From: Nemertoderma westbladi
Lineage: Eukaryota; Animalia; Xenacoelomorpha
DNA length: 64,000 nucleotides
Direction: 5' to 3'
NCBI GenBank assembly: GCA_032718475.1
Contig: JAUCBJ010005181.1
Location: 1-64,000 of the forward strand
The notes beneath the pieces are model-generated. The model had not been told where the DNA came from. It worked only from the letters and a program-made list of their open reading frames with translations, and ran no database searches. Made by a program: the position numbers and the translations under genes. Below are positions 62,860-64,000 of the stretch, one piece after another; position 1 is the first letter of the stretch; each line of letters starts with the position of its first letter.

Positions 62860-64000
62860 ACATAGTTGTGTGGCAATTTTGGATAATGAGAAAGTAACAA
62901 GTGTCAACCCATTAACTGAAGTCCATTAATAAATTTATCGATACTGTAAGTAAAATATCAAGATAACGTTTCGGCATCACGTAAAGAAAAATAGTGTGGT
63001 ATCCATTAATTAATACACACTTTTGATATAGAATTTGGCATTTATTAGTATTAATTGCATTTGATATTTGCTTTCGCATAAATTTACTTCATTGTTTTCT
63101 ATATAAGAGGGTAAATTATCCAGTTGACACCATTGACATTTTTTGTTGCGAATTCGGGTAACTCTACAGTAATAAATCTCGCTTTGTTAAAACTACCACA
63201 AAGACACCATGAAGCTGTGCGCCTCGATTGTTTTAGCTTACCTGACTGTAGCTTATGCTGCTCGTAAGTATTTTGTAATATCTCCCATGTAGCTGTAGGT
63301 ATTCCTCCTTTGCCCTCCTGTTCCTGTCTTACTGCCCTTGCATGCTGTATGGCCTACTATTCAGTGATAAAATATAAACATAAGTTCACTTTAAAGTGTA
63401 TCCATTGCACACCCGCCCACTATATACAGTAGGTCTTATAGTATAACGATATACCAAACGAGCCCGGTCATACGTACAGAGTACACAAGTTCTCAATTGC
63501 AGTTCTCTTTGTAAATTAATGTTAAATGGTTGAGTAGCGCAATTGTATTTCAAAGAATTCTAGAATTCTACACCCATCGGGTAAAATATAACGATTTCGG
63601 CGAGGTTCTGCAGAAATTTGTTACATAAGATTAAATGATTTCATCATTGTTTTTAGACCAGAATCAAAGGGTTTAACCAGCTGCCAACTCTGTTTTAGTG
63701 GGTATTTGGCCACCGAAATTTCGGCCATTTCAGCGTATCTAGGACTGCCTATTTCTTTTAGAATATTGTGAAAATGAATTGGTATAAAAAGTATGTCCCT
63801 GTCAAATTGGTACTGTATATAAGACGTATGTCCATGTCCAGTCGTTACACTGTAGCACCACCCGTCACATGAACTCACTAATTTTCTAGAGGACCAACTG
63901 CAGAGACAACTGGAGGATACTGTGGGGCGTCATGCCGATCACTGTGGTAACGACTTTGTGGCAGCGAACTGCGATGTTCAATGTCTGTTCGGCTGGATGC
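62859..64000 (+). repeat. Segmental (tandem) duplicate of about 40341-41607
   Basis: Near-identical promoter, exon 1, intron 1 and exon 2 sequence. Confidence 0.95.
63209..64000 (+). CDS. Second astacin paralogue, exon 1 (63209-63263) and partial exon 2 (63890 to window end)
   Basis: Same signal peptide and Cys module as 40692/41497; one K to M change at the window end. Confidence 0.85.

Overview
AT-rich animal (invertebrate-like) nuclear DNA with spliceosomal GT-AG introns; no prokaryotic features. Genes: a GT31 beta-1,3-galactosyltransferase (minus, 2 exons), the first exons of a CRACR2/EFCAB4-like EF-hand gene (minus), a divergently transcribed 3-exon CABLES cyclin-box gene (plus), a 6-exon secreted astacin with an antistasin-like module, and the start of its tandem duplicate. 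The two astacin copies are separated by a nest of decayed BEL/Pao LTR retrotransposons. Most notable: (1) in two neighbouring genes the exon-end/5' splice-site junction itself has been amplified into an intronic minisatellite (about 14.3 kb of 30-bp units in CABLES; 50-bp units in the EF-hand gene). (2) The B3GALT intron has an 11-bp inverted repeat forming both its donor and its likely branch point. (3) Unrelated-looking foldback elements, several with 8-9 bp target duplications, share one ~60-bp core that also forms satellites. (4) TA-n-TA motifs resembling transposon excision footprints are dense, and two are visible as insertions against sister repeat units. All gene models are read from sequence only, without transcript support.
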